Of a stretch of 64,000 nt of DNA, positions 47,846 to 60,739 are shown piece by piece (position 1 is the first letter of the stretch; every line of letters starts with the position of its first letter). The notes below the pieces were generated by a model. It was not told the origin of the DNA. It made no database searches and saw only the letters and a program-made list of their open reading frames with translations. The translations under genes were made by a program, and so were the position numbers. This stretch comes from Albugo candida (lineage: Eukaryota), in contig JBDOQK010000028.1 of NCBI GenBank assembly GCA_040437565.1, positions 1 to 64,000 on the forward strand, written 5' to 3'.

Positions 47846-50014
47846 TTGAATGGAAGCACAGAGTCAAAAGGTTATTGATCTAGAAACTCAAAAGTGCGGG
47901 AACGACTCAAGAATTCAGGAGACTGAGAATCAATTGAGGTTGTCGTGAAAGTATCTGATCGGCGCGACCCAGAGATGAAATTGGTATATGAGTAGCAATG
48001 TGAGATTTCTAGCTGTAAGAACCATGAAGTCGTGAAATTTGTATTACACCTTTCTGCCAGATGGTATGCATGCGAATAGAATCAACCATACGTCACTGTA
48101 CACTAGCTAAATCATCTTGGCTTTCAAATTTCATAGTGTGACCATACTAGACACATCCGTACCGTCATCTGTCTCTTTCCGTTTACATCAGAGAGACAGA
48201 TTCCGACTGGTGACCCATTACTTAAAGGGCACACACCAGCTGTGTTGAGCGAAAATTGGAAATTACGTTTTTATGTTGATAGGTCCGTAGTTCACAAAAA
48301 GCGAATCTAAGCCAACGCCGCAGCATTCACCATCTTGATATTCTATACCGCTTGTGACAATGATACTTACACTGACTTCACGCGTAAGCAATCTTCTAAA
48401 CTTCTGTTGTGGGAAAGGAGTGTGTTAGTCATGACTTTTTGACCATCTTCTTCCTCACTCCCCCTCAAAGCACTACTCCTGATGTTCGCCTGGTGAACCG
48501 AATCTTGGAATTGTTCGTCGAAATAGGCTTTCTCAAGAAATCTGCAAGTTGATGTTTTGATTCAATGTACTCAATCTGTATTTCTGCAACCTTCAGAGGA
48601 TCACGAAAAAAATGGTATCGAACATCAATATGTTTAGCCCGACCTTGATATCCGATATTTTTCGCATTAGCAATAGCACTTTGATTATCCTCAAAAATAG
48701 TTTGTTATTGATTAATGTTTTGCCTTCAACTCAGATAACAAATTCTTGAGCCATATAACTTCTTGCACACAGAGTGGCAGTGCGATGTACTCTGCCAGCC
48801 GTACTGAGTGCTACACTTTGTTGAATTATATGATTTGAAGATCAGTGGGGCTCCGCTTATCATAATCATGATTCCAGAAACAGATCTTCTGTCTCCCTTG
48901 CTATTTACCCAATCCGCGTCACTATACGCACATACCTTCAAAACCTTCCCGCCGCCTCTGTATGAAATCCCGTTGTCACTTGTTAACTTCATGTATCGCA
49001 GAGCTCTTATCGCTGCTTTACAGTGCTCTTCACTATGTAGTTCCAAATGTCGACTAAGTTGACCGACTGAGAGGGCAATATACGCTTTTGTTCCATATAT
49101 GTAGAGTAATGATCCCACTACAGATCAATTAGGACGAAATTTTATCCTCGAGTCTTCTTGTTCAAACCTTGATAAAACTTGGCCTTAAAACATTGGAGGT
49201 GCAAACTTGCTTTGCGTCGATTTATTTGAACTATTCGATCATCTATGTATGCCGAATACTTGACATATCTTCACCACACGTTTCGTCTGACCTTAATCTA
49301 CTTGTATTCCCGACATATAAATGACCTTTTCGATTCCGTTCACTTAAAATGTTGGCTTACTTTGCCGGAAGTCCCCTTTTTTTCTTCCAAAGTCGTTGCA
49401 CCCATTACCACGTCATCAACACATAATGCGATGTATACCAGCGACTTTCCTTTTTGTCGACAAACATGCATGAGTCTGTCCTACACTGTTTAAATTCCAT
49501 TTCCAAGAATACTTTCGATATTGTCTTAAACCAAGTTAAAGCTGCCTGCTCCAAAATCATACAAACTTCTATTCAGATGACAAACTTCATTACGCTGAGC
49601 CTGGACACCTCTAGGTGGTATACGTATATCTTTTCCTCCAGGTACCAATGCCCATTCAAAGACTAGGTGTCGATATCAATTTGCTTAATTTTGGAAACCT
49701 TCGTGACAGCATGCCGATAAGTAAATACTGATAGAATTCATGTTTGCAGCTGGTGCATATGAATCCATATTATCAACCTCGATATCCCAAAGCAACAAGT
49801 CTAGCTTTATAATTTTCAATTTCACCGAATTCATTTCGCTTCAAGGTGAATACCCATTTTGTTCCAATAACCATCATATTCGGTTTCATGTAAGTCAAAG
49901 TCTATGTGTTCTTTGTTATTTTGTTAGAGGGAAAAAGGGCAAGCATATTATCAAAATCATTAGTCACCTACGGGCCACTAATCACAACATCACAGCTAGA
50001 TTTGTCGACAGCTA

Positions 50015-50645
50015 GATTGTCTGGGAAGATGATCAGGGAGCTATCGCATTTGCCACGAACCCAGGATAGCATTTACGAACGAAATATGGGGATACCCGCC
50101 ATCACTTTATTCGTGAGAAAATAATGACAGGTGTTATAAAAGTGATCTACGAGGGACGAAGTATCGACTCACTGACATTCAGACGAAAGCACTAGGAACC
50201 AAACGAATTCAATGCATTCGTGATTCAATGGGTATTAATTGAGCGTTCAACTTTATTGAGTGGAAGTGTGTTAAAACGTACATTATAGTTGAAGTACTAC
50301 ATGAGACTGCACCACGATATGCAAAGCGATGACTGTGAGCTATGGTACATAAGTCTCATGTAGTACTTCAACTATAATGTACGTTTTAACACACTCCCAC
50401 TCAATAAAGTTGAACGCTCAATTAATACCCATTGAATCACGAATGCATTGAATTAGTTTGGTTCCTAGTGCTTTCGTCTGAATGTCAGTGAGTCGATACT
50501 TCGTCCCTCGTAGATCATTTTTATAACACCTGTCATTATTTTCTCACGAATAAAGTGATGGCGGGTATCCCCATATTTCGTTCGTAAATGATATCCTGGG
50601 TTCGTGGCAAATGCGCTAGCTCCCTGATTATCTTCCCAGACAATC
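50015..50645. repeat. Long inverted repeat: 294-bp arms (50015-50308, 50352-50645), 43-bp spacer
   Basis: The arms are reverse complements, with about 6 mismatches counted by eye. Confidence 0.95.
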
Positions 50646-50753
50646 GTTAGATTCTTCTGTTTGAATCCCAAGTCGAATGCATTTCTCTCTCGTACATAGT
50701 ACGTCCTGTGTGCACATGCTTATTGCCATGCAATCAGCTTCTGATGTACTCAA

Positions 50754-52412
50754 TGTTGGAAGGACTTAAGAATGTGCTTTAGGTTTCTAGTCGCACTTGG
50801 CACTTAGTCTAAACGATAAGTTAGGATTTTAATTTTCTAAAGAATAAAACCTCAGTTTTGGCAATTTTCCTGGAACGCGACCATCTTCGCTCACCTGCCA
50901 ACAGCTTACGAGTCCAACCCAGATTTCATCAGCCAAGACCATGGAAGAATCCGACAGATCAAATGAGTCGGACATGGACCGAATGATGATGCTACTGGAG
51001 GCACTCGGAAATCGACTGGACAAAATCGAGACCGAGCGGAGCCTCGGCTCGCCCCTATCAGCACCGACCGCGCGAACGGAGAGCGTATTTGCTGGTCCCA
51101 GCAACCAAGGACGGATTTGACAATGTCATTCTTGGATGCGAAACCGATGTAGCATCGTGGAAGCGGGATGAGGAGAAGCTTTATCCATGCCATGCAACAT
51201 AATTCTCTGGACGGGCTAAATCGAGTGAGATTCCCCGCAGCAAGCGATACGAAGCTCGCCATTCAGCCAATCGAAGGGAAAGAAATCTACTCTGCACTTG
51301 GAGCGCCGCTACGCAATGGTTTTATCGTTTCTTGCGGCAACTATCGCATGTCCAACAAGCATCCGGCGGGATTTGGAGTGAGGAGGTGAAGCTGGACTGC
51401 CTAAGACGGCATCTCAGCGGAGAAGTTCTCACTTATTTCGAGCATCAAGTACCTCAGTGGATAACTCGGTGTTCTAGCGTTGAAGAAGTGATGGACCGGA
51501 TCAACGAAGTGTTTCGGCCCAGCATCACCAGAACGCAAGCAACACGCCTTTATACCGCAAAAAAACGACTGGACGCGCTTGGAGTGAGCATTTTCTATTC
51601 CTGTCGGCAGTCAGTGAAGCAGTCGGTGGAGCAGATGATATGCCCCTGGAAAGTGTCATCAAGTACGCAAAGCCTATTTTTAAACAAGCCTGGTGGCCCG
51701 TATCAGTACATGAGATAAGACACCAGACGGCAAGCCGAGGAACTCTATCACTTTGCCCAGCTTATGGATTCAGACACAGTGATGCATCAAGAGAGCCGAA
51801 GAAATGGAATCGAGACCGAATCGGTACAATAAGGGAATCCAAGCCGAAGAAGCAAATGAGCTGTTATGATTGCGGAAAAATTGGACATATGAAAAAGGAT
51901 TGCCGGAAAAAGAGTTCCTCCAGCAGGGAAGACATGGTCTTAGAGATTGGATGCAAAAGTACTACGCTGAAACAACGAAGAAAGTATGGATATTAGACAG
52001 CGGATCCAGCAGGCATCTCGTAACGGATGTGAACATGTTACAACATCGCAAGGAATGCACCGTATCATGCATACTTCCAAATGGGAAGGAAATGAAGATG
52101 GGATGGACAGGATCGGCGACGATTGTCCCAACAGTCAACGGTTTACCGAGGAATGTTCTCTTGAACGACGTGCAACATTCGGAACACCTCCCTTGATACA
52201 GTGTTTCGTATGGAAAGTTGGAGGCAAAAGGATGCGAATTGACGCACCAAGCAGATGGATCGAGAGTTAAAGAGTCAAAAATGTGCTTTAGGTTCCTAGT
52301 CGCACTTGGTGCTTAGTCTACATGATTCGTTAGGACTTCGATTTTCTAAAAAATAAAAACTCACTTTTGGCAATTTTCCTGGAACGCGACCATCTTCGCT
52401 CACCTACCAACA
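50754..52412 (+). mobile_element. Copia element C, internally deleted (LTR-gag-protease-LTR), inserted in the RNase H of element B
   Basis: LTRs 50754-50903 and about 52279-52412; perfect TSD CTCAA at 50749-50753 and 52413-52417; CYDCGKIGHMKKDC; WILDSGSSRH. Confidence 0.92.
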
Positions 52413-55400
52413 CTCAAAGCCACTGTACGTTTATACTTTGCCCTGGAAGTAACTGGTCCACCATTGAGTCTTTTCAATATTTGATTCACAGACCTACGGT
52501 CATTCAAGTTGTTTCCCCAATCTGCATCACTGCAGGCAGATAGTTGGTTCGGAGTCTTATTGAAGGTGTAGTGTATTCCAAATGTAATACTTTGATTGCT
52601 ACCTTCCAATGCTTCGATTCAGGGTTAGATAAAAACATCCAATTTGACTTACAGGGAATGCCACATCTGGCCGTATGCTTATTGCAACATACAGCAACCG
52701 CCAATAAGTTGACGATACGGTGTGCGATTCATTAGTTCTTTTTCTTCTTGCGTCGTCGAACTGTCTTTGTTTGAGAGTCTAGTGCTTGGATCAAACGGAT
52801 TTTCTACAGCTCGAGTATGATTATACTTGAATAGTTCTGCAGTCGCTTCTAGACATTTCTTCTGTGTGATCGATATCACTCGCTTCTCGGGTTCTTAATT
52901 TATCTCCATACCTAAGAGGTGTTATACTGAAACCAGGTCTTTGAAATCGTTGCAAAATTTTAATTTTAATTTTTTTTACGATATCGATTGATTTAGCTGC
53001 TACGATCATATCATTCACGTAAAGACACAAGTCAATACATCCACCACCATGCTTCTACTTGTATACGCATCTATCAGCACCACATGCTTCAAACTCCAGT
53101 TTTTAGCAATGTACTGTAGATAANNNNNNNNNNNNNNNNNNNNNNNNNNNNNNNNNNNNNNNNNNNNNNNNNNNNNNNNNNNNNNNNNNNNNNNNNNNNN
53201 NNNNNNNNNNNNNNNNNNNNNNNGTCCCTTTGGGACTTCCAAGTAGACTTCTTGAATGGCTGCGTTCAAATACGCGTTGTCCACATCGATTTCTTTAATG
53301 ATGCATCCAATTGCACAGCAAGTTGATAGGAGTATCCTAATCGAGTTAATGCTCACCATAGCAGCGTATGCCTTAAAACAATCGACTACGTAATGTTGCA
53401 AAAATCCCAACGCAATCCGTCTAGCTTTGTAGCGCAGTGTTGGTCCCGTCTCCTTCTTGACCCAGAACCACTTAGTTCCAGTGGTCTTAATCCATGGTTT
53501 GCGTGTCATATTGACCACGTGTTGTTCCGCTTGTGCGCATCAAATTCGTTGTTGATGGCTTTAATCCACTGGTCTTTTTCATCTCCATTGGTCGCATCTT
53601 CATACGATCGTGGGATATTTTGTGTAACCATTGCGACTTCTACCATCAACGACGTATCGCTATCCAATCGAGATCTCTTGGATGCAGGTTCGTTAACATC
53701 TCTATCACTTGAGTGAACATTGTTATCGTACACGACGATACTTTCTTCGATATGGTTGTCAACATTATCAGCTTCGATCAATATGGGTGGGTGTTCAATT
53801 TGTGCAATATCGTCTCTCCCACTGATTTTGTCGGTAAAAAGGTGCCGGTTCTTTTGAAATGCGCCTTCTTGCTGGCAAAACTTACTTTGAATTTTTCGTG
53901 GCTGTTGCGTGAGTTGTTCTTACTGATTGGTGCGAGATTGATGACAGCCAATTCAGAGGTTCACACTGGCATCTTTGGTCCAATTTCTCTGATGTGTTTA
54001 TCCATCTCCACGTCATCGTCTTCGTGCTCCTCTTCCATTTTCACATCCCCAGTTCCGCTGTTGTGCCATCCACACTTTCAGTCATCGTCTGCATCACATT
54101 CTTATGGGTATACTGATGTATTAGTCACTGTAGAGTTTGACACGTTTTCCTCTTAGGTACTATCAACTTTGCGTCCATCGAGTGTAATCGTTCTGTTGGT
54201 CTTAGTAGTGTGTGTTTCCAGGCCAAAACTTTATAGCCTTTTGTATGTATGTTGGGCATATTCCAGTAACATAAATGAAAATTCTTCACGTCAAACTCCG
54301 TGCGCTTAGTATCGTAAAGATGAGAGTATCGCACCGATCCAAGCACACGTAGGCAATGTAATTGCGGCTTTATCTTGAAACACTTTTCGAATGGAGTCAT
54401 ATTCATGAATGTGCTTGTCATGCTTCGATTGATCAGGTGAACCGCGGTATTGATCGATTCAGCCCACCAAGTCTGTGCAACACCCTTGTAGCTCATCATG
54501 CATTTTTCCTTTTTCGTGATTCTCCTCTTCATTCGTTCAGCAACTCCGTTTTGCTGCGGGCTGCATTGTACTTCTTTCTGGTGAATGATTTGATTCACCC
54601 AGCAAAATTCTTCGAATACTCTTGTTCTAGTCTTCTCCGCCATTGTCCGTGCGTATGGATTTGACTTTCGTTCCACACTGTAGTTCCTTCTCTGCTTTGT
54701 ACTCGATGAACTTGGTAGTCGCTCACTTTTGGTTATTAAGAAGCATACGTCCACAAATGGGGACAAGTCGTCAATAAATGACAGCATAAAACGAGACCGA
54801 CCAGGATTTTTGGTTTTCATGGGTCCCATGACATCTGAGTGAAATAATTGTAATGGATTCATGGTCTTCGTCATCGAATCCTTGGGAAATCTCGCCACTG
54901 TCATCTTTCCTTGGAGACGTCCACTGCACAAATTGCCATCTTTGTCCCAAACTCTTGGCAAACCTTCAGCCGGCTTCTGTGTTTCATCGTAGATTGTGTA
55001 GTTCTGGAGGTACATTCTGGCATGCCATAGCCCCCACTTATCCTTAGCCTTCTTGTGTTCAGCCATCATGGCACGCTTATGTCCCACGTTGAGTGTGTAA
55101 GCTTTACCCTCACGCTTCGATGACACCAGCATATCATTGCCTCTGTAAATGTCGCCATTTATTTGCTCCTCACAGTATGTCGAGCCCATGCTGGGCCATC
55201 TTTGGAACTGGTAGTATCCGTCTATCCAGATTAGGTATGTGTAACACTCCTTCACGGTCAGCATTGAATCACTCTTGCAGCGAATATAACCTTTCCCTTC
55301 TCAATTGCTTCCATTTTGGCTCCGTCTACAATACGGAATTGGATTGGATCCTCCAACTCATGATATTGGGTGAAATCTTCCTTTGGTGGGGTCAAATGTG

Positions 55401-56574
55401 ACGAGGCTCCACTATCCAACAACCACGCTTGTTTACCACCATCATGAACTTTAAAATGCAATTGCATTCGCGTCCGTCACATTCTTTGTCTTGCACTCAT
55501 ATTGTTTGTGGCCTCCTTTGTCGTATCTATGACACGTTCCACGAAATTGCTTCTTCTTCTTTGTATCTTCATTTGTCGTTCTTTGTTGACGCATCGCCCG
55601 TCTTCTCCCTTGGCCATGGCATACGCGAAATGCACCCTCCGAGGTCTCTTTTTGTTGTTTCTCATCGTGCTCCTTCAGCAGCTTTTCTTTCACGTTCATC
55701 AGTGTTAGTCCATTTGAGTACTCTAGTATTGTTACCAGTAGCTCGTATTCAGCAGGCAAGCTTCCGAGCAAAATTGTCAGCGTTTTTTCTTCGTCCATCA
55801 CGTCTTCGAATGCTTCCATGCTTCAGGTGAGCTCGTCGAACGATCTATGTGGCTGACCATATTGCCTCCCTCTTCCATGCGAAACTCATGTAGTCTTCGA
55901 GTTAGAGCTATTCTGTTCTGGAGGTTGCGCTTGTTGTAGTATTTCACAAGAACTTCCTGGCTGTTGTCGCATGGCGAATCTTTTACTGATGCTCGACTTC
56001 GACTCGTTGTGCGATAATCGCAAAGGCTTTTAAATCCTTGACTCCCAGTCAGCACCTAAATCGTCCTCGGACTTCATTTCCATGATATGATTCAGCAGTC
56101 CTTTGCGCGCGAGGTCATCTTCATGTTGAATACCCAATGGAAGCAGTTGCCGTTCCCGAATAAGGCGTCCGGCTGTTTCATCTTCTTTCTGGTGCCACCA
56201 AACATCGTTGGGCTCATAGTTTGTTATTTTGTTGAAGGGAAAGTATATTATCAAGATTTTCAGTCACCTACGAGCCACTAATCGCAACACCACTTATGTA
56301 CCATACATCACAGTCGTCGCTTTCAAATATCGTAGATTCTTCTCATACAATACTTCAACTATAATGTACGCTATGATATTGTTCTCTTCAGCGCTTGAAG
56401 TTCTTGATCAGTGGCACTTTTCCAATCATTTGAATTTGCGGATCTCGTGATGTCGAAAGGACCCGACGCTTGGAATGGATAAAGCGTCTCTTGGTAAGCG
56501 GACCATAAGCTTCACATAATGCAGGTATCATTTACCAGGCCCTGCTCGAGCAGCATGTACAATTAACAGGTTAG

Positions 56575-57035
56575 ACGACAAGATAGAAAAGTTGGCAGAT
56601 TGATCGAGCGACATCCATAGCAGTTTTGGAGAAAGAGTACCCTCCACGTCGCCGCCGCATCAGCGTGAACTCTGTATGATGATTTTGAGGAAATAGATCA
56701 AGCAGCGTAAGCCAGCTCGCCCATAGACCGCAGATCATCGCCTGGGGTACAAAAAAAGACACCCACTTTTCATTTCCAAACTCCGCTCATTGGCTCGAAC
56801 TTCCTTCTCAATGTTTGATTATGTATCTAGAATTGCTCCGAAAGGCTCAAGTGCTAGAGTGGATAAAAGCATTTCAATAAATCAAACAATCAGCGATGTA
56901 ATCGGTGTAATTAGGTAAACCTGTGGGGACTGGAGCAAAGTGTATACAGCAGTTTCTGCACTCTGTACACAATCATAATTTCTTTGTCATTTGGTTGCCA
57001 CCGAGCTCTTTCGTGTGACTCAACTGGTTCCCCAT
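56575..57035 (-). pseudogene. Truncated, frameshifted ELMO-domain gene copy
   Basis: Matches 44585-45055 (QNHHTEFTLMRRRRGGY) but has indels and lacks the 3' half. Confidence 0.9.
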
Positions 57036-57522
57036 TCTTGCGAGCTTCAAAACGCACAAAAACAGAGTGCGAATTATATATTAAACCAATCATACTGCTG
57101 CTAAATTGGAAGAAACCAATCGGATTTCGAAACAGCACAAATACAGCCAATCAGCTGTATCTTTAGAATCGCAAATGTTCACGCAACTGAATAGAAATGA
57201 GATTTTTCTCCGCAAGCCGATCGCTCAAATGCGAGCCAAAAGCACTCGCTGGAGTATAAAATCCTCCTTTCGTGGCAGCTGGAGAGTCAGGATTCCATTT
57301 CTCTTGTGCCAAAAGCATCGCACACTCGGCAATGACGCGACTGGTGAATCCGTAGCCTGGATCGCCTTCACCATGGATACTTGCGCTTANNNNNNNNNNN
57401 NNNNNNNNNNNNNNNNNNNNNNNNNNNNNNNNNNNNNNNNNNNNNNNNNNNNNNNNNNNNNNNNNNNNNNNNNNNNNNNNNNNNNNNNNAAACAGCACAA
57501 ATACAGCCAATCAGCTGTATCT

Positions 57523-58800
57523 TTAGAATCGCAAATGTTCACGCAACTGAATAGAAATGAGATTTTTCTCCGCAAGCCGATCGCTCAAATGCGAGCCAAA
57601 AGCACTCGCTGGAGTATAAAATCCTCCTTTCGTGGCAGCTGGAGAGTCAGGATTCCATTTCTCTTGTGCCAAAAGCATCGCACACTCGGCAATGACGCGA
57701 CTGGTGAATCCGTAGCCTGGATCGCCTTCACCATGGATACTTGCGCTTACGGCAAGCTGACCATCTTCCTTATAGCCCAATGCAGAGGCTACAAAAAATC
57801 CATTTTGAATGGTGGTATCGGATGCTTCTTGGCTGGGTGCCGGTGCGAATCGCTTCAGAATGGCCCGCGTCCACCGGAAATAAAGCATGATTCCTAGCAA
57901 GTACAACGCAATGGTCAATGCGAGCTCAAAAAAGAATCCATCCAGTGCAAATCGTTCATCAAATACGAATCGGTCACCATAACGATTGTTTAGCAAATAG
58001 TTGCTGAGATGAACGACAGCGGAATCAAGCGTCCCTCCAACACTCAGTGCTGTCCAGCTCTCGATATCCTTATCATATGACATTAGCAAACGCGATTGGT
58101 TCCTCTTGACGAGTCCATTGGCCTCTTTGGCTTGCATCACATCATTACCAGCCAGCATGAATGGATTCCGCATTCTTTTAAGCTCTTCCGATGTGCTTGT
58201 GTCCATGAGCGCAAACATACTCGCACAGGTTCCACCACTCAGCATTCCACGAAGACCCGTTATGTTATAAGATACTTTGGATGTTTTGGAATGAAACTTT
58301 TTCTCAATCGCATTTGCAATCATAAACGTTGCAATATCCGCCGGAATGGATTCGTACCCGCAAAACGGTACAATACGGGCTCCTGTTTTAGCAGCCACGG
58401 TAGAAAATCGTTCCATCATTTTCTTTACCCAAACCAATTCTCCTGTCAAGTCGCAGTAGTGTACCCCGTTTTCGGCACACAATTGAAGGAGAAGCGTTCC
58501 ATACAAAGTGTAAGGTCCCACCACAGTGAGCACTACTTTGGTCGATTTCACCATTTTGAGCAAAGAATCCTTATCATGAGAGTCTGCGACTATGATATTT
58601 ACTTGATCAAAAGCTTTCGACTCCACATTCGATAATTTCTTCTGTAGATTTTGTAAAAGAGACCGCAGCTTCTCCTCACTGCGTCCTGCCAGCGCCCATT
58701 TCATTGAGGAAGCATTATCTGATAGTAGGTAACGGGTTACTAGCGCGCCTGTAAGCCCGCTCGCACCAAATACAACAAAGTCGAATGCTTTCGAAGTCAT
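57523..58800 (-). CDS. Saccharopine dehydrogenase-like oxidoreductase (SCCPDH / trans-acting enoyl reductase family)
   Basis: FDFVVFGASGLTG, ALAGRS, VGPYTLYG, HYCDLTGE, CGYESIPAD, SGGT, GDPGY, GGFYTPA in an intact 425-aa ORF. Confidence 0.95.
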   Translation of the reverse strand: MTSKAFDFVVFGASGLTGALVTRYLLSDNASSMKWALAGRSEEKLRSLLQNLQKKLSNVESKAFDQVNIIVADSHDKDSLLKMVKSTKVVLTVVGPYTLYGTLLLQLCAENGVHYCDLTGELVWVKKMMERFSTVAAKTGARIVPFCGYESIPADIATFMIANAIEKKFHSKTSKVSYNITGLRGMLSGGTCASMFALMDTSTSEELKRMRNPFMLAGNDVMQAKEANGLVKRNQSRLLMSYDKDIESWTALSVGGTLDSAVVHLSNYLLNNRYGDRFVFDERFALDGFFFELALTIALYLLGIMLYFRWTRAILKRFAPAPSQEASDTTIQNGFFVASALGYKEDGQLAVSASIHGEGDPGYGFTSRVIAECAMLLAQEKWNPDSPAATKGGFYTPASAFGSHLSDRLAEKNLISIQLREHLRF

Positions 58801-59032
58801 ATTGCGCGATCTTTCCAGAATGAAACGTAGTGCAAAAGTTTGCCGAACTTATTGGAGCATAAAATCATTATGTTCGTTCTACCTAGATTATATACAACTA
58901 GGCTTTGCCTAAACTCGCTCATTNNNNNNNNNNNNNNNNNNNNNNNNNNNNNNNNNNNNNNNNNNNNNNNNNNNNNNNNNNNNNNNNNNNNNNNNNNNNN
59001 NNNNNNNNNNNNNNNNNNNNNNNAGGCTTTGC

Positions 59033-59971
59033 CTAAACTCGCTCATTTACCCGGATCGGATGGTGCATTTCTACACAAAGCTGGTACACTCCAGCGCCAA
59101 AGGCGCCACCGATTATTGGGCCAAAAATGGGCACCAAAAAGTAATAATTTTGCAATGTGAATGTCTTGAATCCCCATCCACCAATTGCGGACAGGAACCT
59201 TGGACCCAAATCTCGCGCTGGATTAATCGCATACCCGGTATTCATTCCAAAAGACATTCCAATAGCGAGAACAAGCAGCGCAGTGGCGGCTGGAGCGGTG
59301 TATGGACTTGCGGGTTTGTTATGTTGATCCCCGATTGCAAAAATTCCACCCAAGAGAAGTGCTGTTCCAAAGGCCTCGCATAAAAATGCGCTTGCATTCG
59401 AGACTGCGGCGTTCGGGTAGGTCGCAAACACTCCTTGTGTAGTCTCTCGTTCAGGGTCGACGGAATTGAAAACAGGATAATAGATTGCAAGAACCATCGC
59501 AGCTCCACAAAACGCACCTAATAGCTGTGCTAGAATGTAGTAAGGAACTTTTCGCCATGAAAAACGTCGAAATAGAGCCAATGTCGTGGTTACTGCTGGA
59601 TTAAGATGTGCGCCACTGACACCGCCGGAGCAATGAATCCCAAAAAGAACGCCCAGACCCCAACCCATATTGATACTCAAGTACGTACCGCTATTTTGCT
59701 GTGATAAAACTACTTGCGCAACGACACCGTCACCAAAACAGAGAAGAACAAATGTTCCCAGGAACTCTGCCAAACATTCTCGTAACAGCTGGTTCTTAGT
59801 TGCGTACTCACTTAGTATTCCCATCATCGCAGCTTCCGGTTCGTAATCAAGATTTGAGTATCCCCTGTCTTTAGCTCCACCCATCGTTACTCTTTCCACG
59901 GAAGCGGGTTGCCGCATGTCATCACCATCAGCATCGGCATCCATGATCACAGAGAAATCGTGATGCGCCAT
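59033..59971 (-). CDS. Aquaglyceroporin (MIP family), canonical
   Basis: SGAHLNPAVT and GYAINPARDLGPR. Confidence 0.96.
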   Translation of the reverse strand: MAHHDFSVIMDADADGDDMRQPASVERVTMGGAKDRGYSNLDYEPEAAMMGILSEYATKNQLLRECLAEFLGTFVLLCFGDGVVAQVVLSQQNSGTYLSINMGWGLGVLFGIHCSGGVSGAHLNPAVTTTLALFRRFSWRKVPYYILAQLLGAFCGAAMVLAIYYPVFNSVDPERETTQGVFATYPNAAVSNASAFLCEAFGTALLLGGIFAIGDQHNKPASPYTAPAATALLVLAIGMSFGMNTGYAINPARDLGPRFLSAIGGWGFKTFTLQNYYFLVPIFGPIIGGAFGAGVYQLCVEMHHPIRVNERV

Positions 59972-60739
59972 TTGAATGAAAATACAGAGTCAAAGAGTTT
60001 AGATCTAGAGACTCGAAAGTGTGGGAACCGAGTCAAAATTCAAAAGACTGAGACTTGATTGAGGTTGTCGTGAAAGTATCTGATCGGCGCGACCCAGAAA
60101 GGGAATTGATAAATGAGCAATAATGTGAGAGATTTGGTTGTATAAAACATGAAAGTCGTGCAAAATAGGTATCCACGTTTTTGCCGGATGGTATGCTGAA
60201 AGAACCAAAAAGTCAACAGGTTGCTGACAGACGAAAAGACGGTAAAGTGTGCCATGGCGTAGAGAAGCAACCTTAGGTCACTGGTACACTAGCTGAATCA
60301 TCTTCGCTCTACTTTATCCTTAATTCAATGACTAATCGAATTACACAATGTGCATCTTGCCGAACACCACCGAAACGTCACCTGTCTCTTTCCCTTTACA
60401 TCAGAAAGACACATTCTGACTGCCGACCCATTACCCAAAGGGCACACACACCAACTTATGTGTACTTTCCCAAGAAGAAGTCCTATTTCGATCCGATACC
60501 CTAAACCTGAAACCGAAATGTTGACACCCAATGATGTCCCTTACGAAACATCTTGTTCAAGTTACAAACAAAAGCTGTAATGCTTTACATTCTCGGGCAT
60601 CAGCTAATTCAGTGTTTAAGGCTGTGAATCCTTTACATAGCTTTCGGAATTCGTGGGGTTTTCACGCGTTAGTGCCCAAACAGTCATAGAGATCAAACGT
60701 GTGAAATGGAGTGTATTGCCTGCCAAATTTAATGTAATT

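Larger units (their letters stand above)
49914..56378 (-). mobile_element. Copia element B, full length but degraded, inserted in the RT of element A
   Basis: 5' LTR 56222-56378, PBS 56210-56221, gag, protease WLLDSGASSH, integrase HSDVMGP...QQNGVAER, RT YKAR, RNase H SDADWG; rearranged 3' LTR 49914-50391; TSD TTCTT/TTGTT. Confidence 0.88.
48243..56460 (-). mobile_element. Copia element A (3' LTR 48243-48457, PPT, RNase H, RT); parts 48243-49913 and 56379-~56460; 5' half missing
   Basis: PPT GAGGGGGAG at 48458-48466; YSDADW...RRSVSG; KHIDVRYHF; IGTKWVF...YKARL. The RT N-terminus WKSATDQELQALK continues beyond 56379. Confidence 0.85.

Noticed and set aside
57129-57749. Extra SCCPDH 3' end
   Set aside because: Identical gap-flank overlap.
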